Origin: Acidobacteriota bacterium | Lineage (GTDB): Bacteria > Acidobacteriota > Terriglobia > Acidiferrales > UBA7541 | Length of the DNA stretch: 64,000 nt | NCBI GenBank assembly: GCA_003224085.1 | Contig: QHYK01000063.1 | Location: 2,625 to 66,624 of the forward strand | Direction of reading: 5' to 3' | Part shown: piece by piece, positions 17,093 to 27,377 of the stretch | Numbering within the stretch: the stretch's first letter is position 1 | How the letters are laid out: every line of letters begins with the position of its first letter | Program-made: the position numbers and the translations under genes | The notes under the pieces: generated by a model | Told to the model about the DNA's origin: nothing | The model's input: only the letters and a program-made list of their open reading frames with translations | The model's database searches: none

Positions 17093-19015
17093 ATGGCGGG
17101 CAACGAACAAGACAAAGCCAAAATGGCGAAACGCATCTTTTTGGGTGCCGGGGTTTTGGTCCTGGGCGGCAGCATGCTGCTGTACCTGGTGCCGCAGGGT
17201 CCGGCCACCGGCGGGGTCTCTACCGACACGGTCGCCAAGGTTGGGGATGAATCGGTCACCGTGCAGGACATCCGCCAGCAGGTCCAATTGCGCGAGCGAA
17301 ACAGTCAGGTTCCCAAGTATATGGAAGCCATTCTAGCCCAGGAGGCTTTTCAGGGACTCGTTTTTCAGAAAGAGCTGGATTACGAGGCCAAACGTATGGG
17401 AATCACGGTATCAGACCAGGAGCTCGCGGAGCGCATCCGCCTGTTCCTTCCGATGGCCGTTAGCGGCGGCAACTTTATCGGCAAGGAGCAATACGCCGCC
17501 TTGGTTCAGCAGAACTATCAACTGTCCGTTTCGGCCTTCGAAGATCTTGTTCGCGAGGGACTGCTGGAGGAAAAATTCAGGAAGTTGGTGACCGACGGAA
17601 TTACCGTAGGTCCCGCCGAACTCCAGGAGGGATACCGCTACAAGAACGAGAAAGTAAAGCTCGACTACGCGCTCAGCAGGCCCGAAGACCTGGAAGCCAA
17701 GATCACGCCTTCGGAGCCGGAGATCAAGGCGGAGTACGAGAAGAACAAAGCCAAGTATCAGGTTCCGGAGCGCCGCTCCGTGCGCTATGCGCTTTTGGAT
17801 GTCAACCAGCTTCGCCAGACCATCCAAATTCCCGAGGACGTGATCAAAAAGCAGTATCAGGGGAATATGCAGCAGTATCAGGTGCCCAACCGGGTTCACC
17901 TATTACAGATTATGGTCAAGACGTATGGAAAGACTGACGCCGAGGTTGATGAGGTTAGGAAACGGGCTGAGGACGTTCTGAGGCAGGCAAAGAAAGGCGC
18001 CAAGTTCGAGGAATTAGCAAAGAAATACTCCGAGGACTCGACCAAAGACAAGGGCGGCGACCTCGGCTGGGTTGGGCAAAACCAAATGGCGCCAGAGTTG
18101 GAAAAGGCTGCATTTGGTTTGGGAGTCGGCCAAGTCTCAGAGCTAATAAGAACACCATACGGCTTTCACATCATCAAGGTCCTGGAGAAAGAGACGGCGC
18201 ACACCAAGCCGTTCGATGAGGTGAAGGATTCGCTTCGCACGCAAGCGCTACTCAATGAAGCGGAAAAGCAGACCAACGACATTGTCGACCAGATGTCCAG
18301 AGCCATTCGCCAGTCGAATAAGATCTCCTTGGACGACCTGGCCAAGCAATACCACTTGATTCTCGGCCAAACGCGGCCGGTTAGCGCCTCCGATCCTCTG
18401 CTGGAACTTGCCAACTCTCAGGACGTCAAGGAGCAGATCTTCCGCTTGCGCAGCGGCGAATTAAGCCTGCCTATCAAAAATGACAGGGGCTACGCGGTGC
18501 TGGCGCTAAAAGAAGTCCAATCTGCGCACCAGGGTACGCTTGAGGAAGTGCGCGATCGGGTGATTACGGATCTCAAGAAAGAACACGCCCTTCAGCAGGC
18601 CAAGAGCAAGGCGGAGGAGTTAGTCCGCCGGGTCAAAGGAGGGGAGAAGTTCGATACTGCCGCGAAAGCCCTTGGTCTGGACCCGAAATCGAGCGATTCC
18701 ATCTCCCGGGATGGTTCTATTCCCGGTGCGGCCAGCGGCAAACAGCTCAACGCGGCGTTCCACTTGAAGCAAGGCGATGTCGGCGAGCCGTTGAGCTTGG
18801 GGCAAAACTGGCTGGTCTATCGCGTGGCTGAGAAGGTGGAGGCGGACCCGGCCAACTTTGCAGCTCAGAAGAAGCCGTTGACCGACGAATTGCTGCAATC
18901 CAAGCGCGAGGTGGCCTTCCAAGCCTTTCGGTCCGCTTTGTCCGACCGCCTGCTGAAGGAAGGCAAGCTGAAGCTGATGCCCGAGAAGTTGAAGGACTTT
19001 GGCAGCCTGACCTGA
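17093..19015 (+). CDS. ppiD: PpiD/SurA-like periplasmic peptidyl-prolyl isomerase chaperone
   Basis: N-terminal TM helix, SurA N-domain, parvulin motifs FEELAKKYSED..KDKGGDLGW and SELIRTPYGFHIIKV. Confidence 0.88.
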   Translation: MAGNEQDKAKMAKRIFLGAGVLVLGGSMLLYLVPQGPATGGVSTDTVAKVGDESVTVQDIRQQVQLRERNSQVPKYMEAILAQEAFQGLVFQKELDYEAKRMGITVSDQELAERIRLFLPMAVSGGNFIGKEQYAALVQQNYQLSVSAFEDLVREGLLEEKFRKLVTDGITVGPAELQEGYRYKNEKVKLDYALSRPEDLEAKITPSEPEIKAEYEKNKAKYQVPERRSVRYALLDVNQLRQTIQIPEDVIKKQYQGNMQQYQVPNRVHLLQIMVKTYGKTDAEVDEVRKRAEDVLRQAKKGAKFEELAKKYSEDSTKDKGGDLGWVGQNQMAPELEKAAFGLGVGQVSELIRTPYGFHIIKVLEKETAHTKPFDEVKDSLRTQALLNEAEKQTNDIVDQMSRAIRQSNKISLDDLAKQYHLILGQTRPVSASDPLLELANSQDVKEQIFRLRSGELSLPIKNDRGYAVLALKEVQSAHQGTLEEVRDRVITDLKKEHALQQAKSKAEELVRRVKGGEKFDTAAKALGLDPKSSDSISRDGSIPGAASGKQLNAAFHLKQGDVGEPLSLGQNWLVYRVAEKVEADPANFAAQKKPLTDELLQSKREVAFQAFRSALSDRLLKEGKLKLMPEKLKDFGSLT

Positions 19016-19061
19016 TCACAAGGTAAAGAAAATAAACAACTTAACGGAAGAAAAGCACCCC

Positions 19062-19090
19062 TTGCCTTTCTCCGCGCACCTCGCTACGCT
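19062..19090 (+). promoter_or_regulatory. Putative sigma70 promoter
   Basis: TTGCCT - 17 nt - TACGCT, about 130 nt upstream of ATG 19223. Confidence 0.45.
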
Positions 19091-19222
19091 AACTATGTCT
19101 CCAATGGTGGTTCGGTTTTACCATTCGTTTTCTCGCAAGAACGGGCCTTTTCGACCACATTTGGATTTCTGAACGGCTTTCAGAGTCAGGCTTCAAATGG
19201 CTGCTGAGATCGGTGAACATCG

Positions 19223-19648
19223 ATGCCTACTCGGACTACCACCTCGCGCAATGAATACCGCTGCAGTATCGAAAGAAACCAGTCCGGCAAATATTGTGTA
19301 CGGCTGCGGGTGTTCTACCCGCGTCACGCCTGGACGTTGAACGTCTACTTTTTAGCTGCGTCTTTTGACCGGGCCATGAAAAGGCTCGAGGAGGCCTTGG
19401 ACTTTCTGCAGAGGCAGGAAGAGAAGTTGTGGTTCTGGGGCGTGGATCGCGCGGAAGATATGGGCTTTTCGGCGGAGTTTCTGAGAGAGGCCGGCATGAA
19501 GCTCGACCGCCGCAACGAATTTCCCAAGAGAGCGACGAGCGTAAGCCTGGCGCCCGAAAGGGAAGTGCCCGCGTCCGTACTCGGGCCCATGCGCCGGGGG
19601 CTGGCGGAATCGGTAGATCTCGTCCGCGCGGCCGCTGCGGGCGACTAG
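19223..19648 (+). CDS. Hypothetical protein
   Basis: 141 aa, globular composition, not antisense to another gene. Confidence 0.75.
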   Translation: MPTRTTTSRNEYRCSIERNQSGKYCVRLRVFYPRHAWTLNVYFLAASFDRAMKRLEEALDFLQRQEEKLWFWGVDRAEDMGFSAEFLREAGMKLDRRNEFPKRATSVSLAPEREVPASVLGPMRRGLAESVDLVRAAAAGD

Positions 19649-19687
19649 GTCCGAACACAGAAGTGAATTCTGCCTATTTGAACTGCG

Positions 19688-20050
19688 CTACGCCCTATGT
19701 TTGCTCACAGAGGTCTGAGTGACTGGCAAAACCTCATAGCAGTCGAACGCCACCCCCACACAAATCTCTCCCTCACGGAAACAGCCCTCCTGGAGGTGAA
19801 CCACGTGACCTGCACAGCGCCATTCGGACGCTGGTTTATGGGCAACTTCTTCTGGCATCTCAAACAGAACATGCACGGGCGTCCCCTCTCTGAGGGGCAA
19901 ATTCGTTGCAAAGTATATGCCGCGTGTAGAAATGTTCAGAGATTCCGCGCGGCACCCTGGCAGGGCAGACTTTAGCATGCGGACCAGTAGCGGAATTTTG
20001 CGGCTGAATCGTTGCGCAAGACGTCGCTCTGTTCCATTCATGGGTGACAT
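19688..20050 (-). CDS. PilZ domain protein (c-di-GMP receptor)
   Basis: RxxxR (RRLAQR) and NISTRG (D/NxSxxG) motifs; C-terminal GVAF. Confidence 0.85.
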   Translation of the reverse strand: MSPMNGTERRLAQRFSRKIPLLVRMLKSALPGCRAESLNISTRGIYFATNLPLREGTPVHVLFEMPEEVAHKPASEWRCAGHVVHLQEGCFREGEICVGVAFDCYEVLPVTQTSVSKHRA

Positions 20051-20157
20051 CTTCTTGAAAATAAGGGAGATGAGGAGCCAAGGTGAATGCTGGGGTGAGC
20101 ACGCTATTGTGCCTGGAAGGATTTACCCGAGGCGAGTACATGGGCCCTCCGGTGGGC

Positions 20158-22368
20158 CTAGGGCCAGAAAGAGGCCGTTGGCTGGATTCCGGCGTTGCTC
20201 GTTGTGGCTGGACGTGCCGTCTCGCGGATCAATAGCGGAAACCGCGGGAAAGCGAAATTACCGGCCACGTCATCAATGACATTGACCTGGCAAAGGTAGA
20301 GCCCCGGCTTCAAGGCTTGCAGCGGCACATCCATTTGCAGGACGACGGCTTTGCGCTCGGGGGCTGCCACCTCATTGGCCGCCACAGGCTTCGACTCGTA
20401 GACTTTCACTCCCCCTTGCAGGAACTCGATGCTGGTCAGCACACGGACGCTATTGCTGGGAGCCTTGGTAGCCGCCGCTTTGGAGGCCTCTGGCTGGCCG
20501 TTCGCGGCCGTAGTGGCAGGGACAGGATTCTTGCCTTTGGCCGCGTCGTACACCTCGTATTGAAGGTAAAGGTGCTGGTCGGCCGTGAAAACATGGGTGA
20601 TGTTCGGAACCGTCTCCATCTGGTCGCGCACCAGGGGATTCGGGCCGACTTTCTTGTTGGTTGCGGGGATGCGCAGGCTGCTGAGCACTACGGAGCTCAT
20701 CTTCAAAGGCGCTTTGCGGAGGTCGGGGACCTGCACGTCCATTTCGAAAGCGCCCATCCTGCCGGTCTGGTTCTCGCGCACGACGAACTTCAAGTGATAA
20801 CTGCCGGGGGCAAGCACAAAGCCGGTGTTGTACTGCACGTTCTTGCGGCGAACCTGCTGGGTGCTGTCGACGGCCAGTTTTACGGTATCCCGCAGGTGGC
20901 CCACGGGGAATTTGCCGCCCTCCAGCACCTGGCCGATGATGTCGATCGTGGCGTTGTCTTTGTCCTTTTCAGTCACAAAGGGGATTTGTGAGCCGGGGAT
21001 GAGCAGAGAAACCGCCAAATAATAGTGCGAATCGTCCTGGCGGAAGTAGGCTACGCCGGCGTAGAGCGGGACGTCCACCTGCGAGAGTTGCGCCGCCAGC
21101 TCGTCTTCCAGTTGCTGCTCGCGGTCGGCTTTGTTCAAATGCCCGAAGTCGCGATCGGTGTAGTATCCCGATCGATATTCAAGCTTAAGGTCAGCCCGGT
21201 TCACCTGGACCTTCAAGTGGCGGTACCTTCCATCCTTGAGCGGATTGTTGCTGGTGAATCCCAGGACGTAATACGCCGAAGTGTCCTTCTGCACTTGAGA
21301 GAAGACGCCGCTGAAGTCGTTCGAATCGAAGAAGGCCTTGCCGCCGGTGTCCGCAGAAAGCGTCGCCAGCGTTTCTTGTGAAGAGGCGTTGTTGCTCAAA
21401 TCATTCAATACCGACTGCCCGGAATAGGCCGCTTGGCCGTGCAGGCTGGCCGCCTGCGCTTCGCCTCCCGGCGGAAAGGCCTGCAAGCCGCGGAGGTCCA
21501 GCGAGTAGATGGACACGTTGGCCTTCACCGCCGCGGCGGTGGCCGCGCGCAGCGCGGATTGATTGTCCGTCCCGGACTGGCTGATTCCGTTGCTGAAATA
21601 AATGAGGCTCTTCTTTTGCGAGAGCTTGCCGAGCGCCTGCATCAACGACTGCAACGCCAGCAGTTTGCGGTCGGCGCTAAAGGTGTTGTAATCCGTGTCA
21701 TCAGCGGTGAACGAACCCCCGGTTTCCGCTGCTCCTTCGGTGCTTCCCGTGTTTCCATTGTCGAATCCTTGGCCTTCGCCGGAGGTGTAGCTAGAAAGCG
21801 CGGCCGCGATTTTGGCCTTGTCGTCCGTGAAGTCCAGATCCACGCGCATATTTGTGGCTAAGGAAACCAAAGCCACTAAATCGGCGGGCTGCATGTTGGT
21901 GGAGACAAAACTCTTCGCCGCGTTCACGGCGCGATCGATTTGTTCTGGCTCCATGGCGGAGAAATCGAAGAAGAAGAGCATCAACCGGCGGTCGCGGGCC
22001 TTCAAAGAGGTTGCGCTATTCTTAGTGCCTTTTAGCAGATTGCCAGTGGCAGCGGTCCCGGAAACCGTGGCTTCCGGCGCTCCGGCGGTCAGTGGCTGAT
22101 CCACATTCTCAAAATCGAAACTGGAAATTTCCTGCTTTTTTCCGTCTTCCAGTAGCGTGAAATCTTCTTTTTTCAGGTCGCGGACAAGATTCCCTTTTTT
22201 GTCGCGCGCCACAACGTTGACGAGCACCAGTTCGGTGGTTACGCGGATACGGCTCTGGCTCGCGGGTGCCGGTGGCGGCGGAGATTGCTGGGCCGTCAGC
22301 GGAATCGCGCCCTGCAAGAGCAGCGCGACCATCACGGAGGCCGCAAGATTTTTTCTAACTTCCCGCAT
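20158..22368 (-). CDS. Secreted acidobacterial-type VWA domain protein
   Basis: Signal peptide, IRVTTELVLVNVVARDKKG..V.DLKKEDF, LSADTGG, YYVLGF, GRYRHLKVQV; degenerate MIDAS. Confidence 0.9.
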   Translation of the reverse strand: MREVRKNLAASVMVALLLQGAIPLTAQQSPPPPAPASQSRIRVTTELVLVNVVARDKKGNLVRDLKKEDFTLLEDGKKQEISSFDFENVDQPLTAGAPEATVSGTAATGNLLKGTKNSATSLKARDRRLMLFFFDFSAMEPEQIDRAVNAAKSFVSTNMQPADLVALVSLATNMRVDLDFTDDKAKIAAALSSYTSGEGQGFDNGNTGSTEGAAETGGSFTADDTDYNTFSADRKLLALQSLMQALGKLSQKKSLIYFSNGISQSGTDNQSALRAATAAAVKANVSIYSLDLRGLQAFPPGGEAQAASLHGQAAYSGQSVLNDLSNNASSQETLATLSADTGGKAFFDSNDFSGVFSQVQKDTSAYYVLGFTSNNPLKDGRYRHLKVQVNRADLKLEYRSGYYTDRDFGHLNKADREQQLEDELAAQLSQVDVPLYAGVAYFRQDDSHYYLAVSLLIPGSQIPFVTEKDKDNATIDIIGQVLEGGKFPVGHLRDTVKLAVDSTQQVRRKNVQYNTGFVLAPGSYHLKFVVRENQTGRMGAFEMDVQVPDLRKAPLKMSSVVLSSLRIPATNKKVGPNPLVRDQMETVPNITHVFTADQHLYLQYEVYDAAKGKNPVPATTAANGQPEASKAAATKAPSNSVRVLTSIEFLQGGVKVYESKPVAANEVAAPERKAVVLQMDVPLQALKPGLYLCQVNVIDDVAGNFAFPRFPLLIRETARPATTSNAGIQPTASFWP

Positions 22369-22378
22369 GTTTATCGCC

Positions 22379-25300
22379 TCAGAACCGGAACCGCGCAGTC
22401 ATGGTCACACGCCGCATGTTGCCTGTCCCGGTCACCTCGCCGAACGTGAACGAGTTCACCACCGTATTGATGGACGTAAAGTGGACATTGTTAAAGACGT
22501 TGTTGGCGGAAAGCCGCAGGTCCAGGGCCCGCGATTCCTTAATGGAAATCGTTTTGTTGAGAGCCATGTTCAGCGTGACTTGTCCCGGCCCTTCAATGAT
22601 GTTTCGCCCGGCATCGCCGAAGGGGGTGCCGTTTGGATTGACGCACGTGAGGCTTGGCGCACAAAAAGCGGCGGTATTGAACCATTCCCGCGTCGTCGGG
22701 CTGCCAAACGCAACGGATTGTCCCGCAACAACGTTGGCGCGCAGCGAACCACTTACGCCGCGGCCAATGTCCAGGGCCCCGCCCAGCACGCGCGGAGTGA
22801 AGTAGAGCCCAGAGCCGACCGTGAAGTCGCCGCTCCATTGCCAGGCCCCCAACACGTGTCCCAAGGCGCCTTTTGCCACGAAGTGCCGGTTCTCTCCAAT
22901 CGGCAAATCGTAAATCCAGTTGCCTGTGAATTTGTGGCGCTGGTCGAAGCTGGAAAGCCCGCGGTCGGCGGAAATGTCGAACGGATTCTGCGCCACCACG
23001 CTTCCCCCACCGCCAATCGACGAAGCATCGTCAATCGATTTGGAATACGCGTATTGCGCGCTCAAGCCGATTCCTTTGGCCATGCGCTTGCGGACTCGCA
23101 CGGTGCCGGCATGGAAGATGGAATTGCCCTCGGAGGATTCGTTAATAAACGGCTGGACGGCCTGGCTTCCCGTCGCTGCCGGAGTTAAGGCACGCTCCGT
23201 GTCCAGCCTTGTGCCTTTCGATCCGCTGTATCCGCTATTTATGACCCAGCCACCGGGCAGTTCCCGCTGAATGTCCAGGTTCCAGATTTGCACGTAGCCG
23301 AGGCGGTAGTTGGGATTGACGGCGAAATTGTTTGTCACCGTGTTGGCAGAGGCCGCCGGGAACCCGTTGGCCAGCGTCAGCGGGCTTCCGCTGACGAGGC
23401 TGGTGACATCGGTCGAATTCGTGGCGGCATTCGCGAACGGCGGTTGAAACGCGAAATTCTGAATCATCGTGCCGTACTGGGCGAGGTTGTAGTTGATGCC
23501 GTACCCGGCGCGCACGACCATCTTTTTTTCAGGCTTCCAGGCCATGCCCACGCGCGGCGCCCAATCGTTGCGGTCCGGCCGAATCAGCGAATTTGGAAAA
23601 ACGCCGTTGTAGGGGCCCGTGGCACCCGGCAGAACCAGCGCCGCGGCGGTGAACCCGGGCGCTAGGTCGAGGTTGGCGATGTGGTTGTTGGCTTCCGTGT
23701 ACGGGCCGTTGTATTCGTAGCGAAGCCCGAAGTTGAAAGATAGATTCGACCGGAACCGCCAGTCATCCTGCGCGAAAAAATCGTAGGAGTTGGCGCGAAA
23801 ATCATAGGCCGTGGTCCCGAACTGCAGCGAGCTCTGCTGCGGATACCCTAGCAGAAAATCGGCCAAGTCATAGCCTGTGTCGGTAATCGAACAAGGGCGT
23901 GTCCCCGGGCAAGGGCCGGTGCCCGCCGCGGCGTATTGCGACGTCGCGAATCCCGTGAATACGAAGCTCCCTTCCGCGTTTCTTGCCGAATGGAAACTTT
24001 GGAGAATGCGCCGGTAATCCGCGCCGAACCGCCAGTTGTGCTTCGCGTGATTCCAGGAAATAGTATCGGAGAAGGTGTAGGTTTGATCGAGTTCGCGGCG
24101 TGGAATCGGGTCGCTCAGTCCTCCGAAAGATGTGAAGTTGATTCCCGGCAAGCCCCAGTTAAACGGGTCCGCGGAAACTCCCAGGATGCCCGCAAGCCCG
24201 TCCACATTCGTCACGCTGGAGTACAGATTGGTCGCGGCGACGTGATTGTGGTTGTAATTCACGCGAAACATATTGGTGGCGCGCCCTTTGCCGTATACCC
24301 ACCCCGCGCTGGCGTTCAACCCTTGCGTGCCGGTGCTTCCTGCCTCAGAGGGAAAAGGATTCACAATGCGGTTCGAGCCCCGCGCCCAGTTGAGCCCGAA
24401 ATTGAGATTGTTCTGCGCGCGCCGGCGGCTCCCGCCTCCCGGCACGCCGCCTCCAGAAACAAAAAACGGTCCTCCTCCTCCGGGGCCAGCCGCCGCATTG
24501 AAGTTGTGGACCAGCCGGAACATCACCGTATCGGAGCTGCCGTCCGCCGAAGTCACGTAATGGAAATTCTGCCCCAGTGCGTTCGTGGACATGTTCGGCA
24601 GCGGAACGTAGTTTAGCAGCGCCTTGGACTGCGTGGTGATTAAGGTCGGATTCAACACATTGGGATTGCCGTTAAATTGATATTGCTGTCCGGTTTGGGG
24701 ATCGAAGATTTGCACCGGCTTCCCGTCGTTGTAGGTAGCCTGGCGGAAGTCACCGTTGCGCTCGGCTTGCGTCGGCACCGTGGAAAACGCGTCATACGGA
24801 TTGCTGCCGCGCGAGCCGTTCCATCCCCCGAAGAAAAACCACTTGTTCCCGCCATGAAAGATTTTCGGAATATTCAAGGGCCCGCCGGCATTGAAACCGA
24901 ACCGCGCCTGGTTGTAATCAGCCTTCGGCGTCGCAATGCCCGTCAAGGAATAGGGACGCGCGTCCAGTGCCGCATTGTCGTCCGTGTAGTAGAAGACCCC
25001 GTGCGGCTGATTGATATTGAAACCCTTCGGCATCCTGCCCATCATGACGATTCCTGGCCCGCCGCCGAAGCCGCCCCCGCCCGGCGGACCAAAAGCGCCG
25101 CCGCCTTCCCGCTGCATGCGTTCGCGGAATTCCTGAATGCGCTGCTGCAGCTCTTCCTCGTTGCCCACGCCGAAATCCTGGGTGCGCCCCTGCGCGCCGC
25201 TCACGCTGACGGATTCCGTGGGGCCTTCCGCTGCGGCTCCATTCAGCGGCAGGCTCGAAACGTCTCCGCCGCCGTTCCCGTTCGCGCCGCCAAAGTCCCC

Positions 25301-25828
25301 GGTCCCTCCGCTCATCGAAGAAAGCGTGTTTTCCATGGCCAGACTTTGAAAACCGCGTCCTGCCGCCGCCATAGCCGCAATGGCATTGTTGGATTGCTCT
25401 TGCTGCCGCGACGCCAGCATCAGCTCTGCATCGACGTTCGCTGCGGGATTTTCGGGATTCACGACGGCTTCCTGCGTGAACGCAGCAAATCCCATGAACT
25501 CGATGCGTACGACATATCGGCCGCGCGCCACGCCGGTGAGACGGAACTTGCCGTCCGCGTTGGTTGCGACAACGTACTTTTTCCCCGTCAGAGTGTTCGC
25601 TGCGGTTACCGTGACTCCCGGTAGCGGCGTTTTGCCGCTGCGCGCCGATCCGGTGATTTCGAAGGTTGCGGCTAGCGGTGCGGGCGCCGCCGCATCTTGG
25701 GCCGCAGGCGTGCTCGGAGCTGAGGGCGCAGGTGCAGAAGGAGGGGGCGCGTCCTGCGCGCGCAACGGGAGCGCCGATACCATCGCGGCCAAGCCGAAAA
25801 GGAACGCGATGCGCCGGATGAACTTCAA
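22379..25828 (-). CDS. Oar-like TonB-dependent receptor-type outer membrane protein with N-terminal carboxypeptidase-regulatory-like domain
   Basis: Signal peptide; LPGVTVTAANT..G......TNADGKF....V..GRY.VRIEFMGF; QDDWR...NL.FNFGLRYEY, DRNDWAPRVGMAW; C-terminal Phe. Confidence 0.88.
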   Translation of the reverse strand: MKFIRRIAFLFGLAAMVSALPLRAQDAPPPSAPAPSAPSTPAAQDAAAPAPLAATFEITGSARSGKTPLPGVTVTAANTLTGKKYVVATNADGKFRLTGVARGRYVVRIEFMGFAAFTQEAVVNPENPAANVDAELMLASRQQEQSNNAIAAMAAAGRGFQSLAMENTLSSMSGGTGDFGGANGNGGGDVSSLPLNGAAAEGPTESVSVSGAQGRTQDFGVGNEEELQQRIQEFRERMQREGGGAFGPPGGGGFGGGPGIVMMGRMPKGFNINQPHGVFYYTDDNAALDARPYSLTGIATPKADYNQARFGFNAGGPLNIPKIFHGGNKWFFFGGWNGSRGSNPYDAFSTVPTQAERNGDFRQATYNDGKPVQIFDPQTGQQYQFNGNPNVLNPTLITTQSKALLNYVPLPNMSTNALGQNFHYVTSADGSSDTVMFRLVHNFNAAAGPGGGGPFFVSGGGVPGGGSRRRAQNNLNFGLNWARGSNRIVNPFPSEAGSTGTQGLNASAGWVYGKGRATNMFRVNYNHNHVAATNLYSSVTNVDGLAGILGVSADPFNWGLPGINFTSFGGLSDPIPRRELDQTYTFSDTISWNHAKHNWRFGADYRRILQSFHSARNAEGSFVFTGFATSQYAAAGTGPCPGTRPCSITDTGYDLADFLLGYPQQSSLQFGTTAYDFRANSYDFFAQDDWRFRSNLSFNFGLRYEYNGPYTEANNHIANLDLAPGFTAAALVLPGATGPYNGVFPNSLIRPDRNDWAPRVGMAWKPEKKMVVRAGYGINYNLAQYGTMIQNFAFQPPFANAATNSTDVTSLVSGSPLTLANGFPAASANTVTNNFAVNPNYRLGYVQIWNLDIQRELPGGWVINSGYSGSKGTRLDTERALTPAATGSQAVQPFINESSEGNSIFHAGTVRVRKRMAKGIGLSAQYAYSKSIDDASSIGGGGSVVAQNPFDISADRGLSSFDQRHKFTGNWIYDLPIGENRHFVAKGALGHVLGAWQWSGDFTVGSGLYFTPRVLGGALDIGRGVSGSLRANVVAGQSVAFGSPTTREWFNTAAFCAPSLTCVNPNGTPFGDAGRNIIEGPGQVTLNMALNKTISIKESRALDLRLSANNVFNNVHFTSINTVVNSFTFGEVTGTGNMRRVTMTARFRF

Positions 25829-25859
25829 TTCGAAGACTCCCCGATAAATCTATGGCTCC

Positions 25860-26603
25860 CTAGGGCTGCGGAGGGGTCGGCTTGGAATCCCCTGGCGGCT
25901 TCGCTCCACCCGACGTCATGCCCATTTCTTGCATGCGCTTCCATTGCTCGGCCCCGATGACCATCACCATCTTCGGCACAAACGCGTTGTTTTGCACGGC
26001 TCCGCGTATCAACACGTGCTCGCCCGGCTGAATCTCGGCCATCGTCACGCTTTCGCGGCCCTTGCGCAAGGAAGTCTCTTCATTCAGCTCCAGCGTTTGC
26101 GTCACGCCATCCGGCCGCAGCACGGTGATCTTCGGAGCATCCACGGACTTCACTTCGCCAAAAACGAAATCTTTCCCCAGTTCGCCGTTCATCATCATCA
26201 GTCCGCCGCCGGACCCGCTCATTCCGGGTCCACCTGGGCCGCCGGTCCGTGTGGCAACCATCAGCGCAGTGAAGCCCTGCTCGACGCTTCCTTCCGCACG
26301 GATGAAAACCATATCGCCCGCTTTGAAATCCGCGAGCTTTGCATTTTGCCGGTCTTTGCGGAATTCCGTTTTCCCGGAGATCTTCACCGCCACCGAGCTG
26401 CCGTCCGGCTTGGCCAATTCCAATGTTCCGTTATGGATGGCCGTAATCTTCCCAAAAAGCGGCTGGCCGTTCCCCTCCCACATGCGTGGACCGGGGCCTG
26501 CGCTGCGGTCCGGCGGCGGAGGGCCGGCTGGTTCCTGAGCTAGGGCCGCGGTAGCCGCAAGCACGAAAAGAAAGCCCCATCGCAAGAATTGGTTAGCGCA
26601 CAT
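25860..26603 (-). CDS. Secreted DUF5666-like tandem OB-fold protein
   Basis: Signal peptide, two repeats of G.(I/V)..(I/V)....(L/I)....PDG.......V...T..R..R.......(F/I)..G..V.IR; SD AAGGGGGG before ATG 26603. Confidence 0.75.
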   Translation of the reverse strand: MCANQFLRWGFLFVLAATAALAQEPAGPPPPDRSAGPGPRMWEGNGQPLFGKITAIHNGTLELAKPDGSSVAVKISGKTEFRKDRQNAKLADFKAGDMVFIRAEGSVEQGFTALMVATRTGGPGGPGMSGSGGGLMMMNGELGKDFVFGEVKSVDAPKITVLRPDGVTQTLELNEETSLRKGRESVTMAEIQPGEHVLIRGAVQNNAFVPKMVMVIGAEQWKRMQEMGMTSGGAKPPGDSKPTPPQP

Positions 26604-26773
26604 TTTGGTGTCCCCCCTTACCTGCTTCTTGAAAGACGCATCCGCCAAAGCAAAAGTAACGGATTCGGGCCGAAACGGAGGCAAACATACCTCCCTTTCT
26701 GATTCCTGCCGACCTGCCGGGAAGTTCCCACGTTATCGGCAATCGGGAGTCTCTATGGTTTCAGGTTTATTCC

Positions 26774-27049
26774 CTATTTCTCGCGCAGGATCACTTCGCC
26801 TTGGCCCACCGGTTGGTCATTCAGCCAAAGGCGGTACTTGTAAGTCGAGGCTTTGCTGCCGGGGCGGGGTGGTCCGCTCAACAGCCGGGTGCCGGAGGGG
26901 GCCTGAAATACATTCGAAGAAAAAGGACATCGGTTCGCGTCAAACTCGATGCGCAAGTTGCCCGCGTCGGAAATCCAGGAAACCTGGTCGCCGGGATCCA
27001 GCACGACCGTTTGTGGGATGAGTCCTACCAATACAGGGCGCTCTGCCAT
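26774..27049 (-). CDS. Hypothetical small beta-sandwich-like protein
   Basis: MAERPVLVGLIPQTVVLDPGDQVSWISD...YKYRLWLN; 91 aa. The ORF-track N-terminal extension looks non-coding. Confidence 0.65.
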   Translation of the reverse strand: MAERPVLVGLIPQTVVLDPGDQVSWISDAGNLRIEFDANRCPFSSNVFQAPSGTRLLSGPPRPGSKASTYKYRLWLNDQPVGQGEVILREK

Positions 27050-27377
27050 TCTTGTTCTTTCATCCGCGTGACAGCCTTGGCTTCTTCTCAAAGAGGCAAC
27101 GCGGGAGTGACAATAGCACATTCCATCAGCATATTTCCTACGATGTCTGTCGGCCGCAGCCCTACGGAACGACAAAAAAGTTCTGTTCTTCACAACCCAA
27201 CCGTCCTTCCGTACATCTGATCCGAGCCAGCACCTGTACTTCGTTGCACTTGACCCCTCTTCAGGCCCAACCGTAGACTGGAATTGCAGTTTCGAGGCGC
27301 CAAGCACTGGCTGAATCTCAGCTTGCGGAATGACGCGATCCAAAGCGCCTTTATTTCCACGCGGAGGCTTCTGCCGG

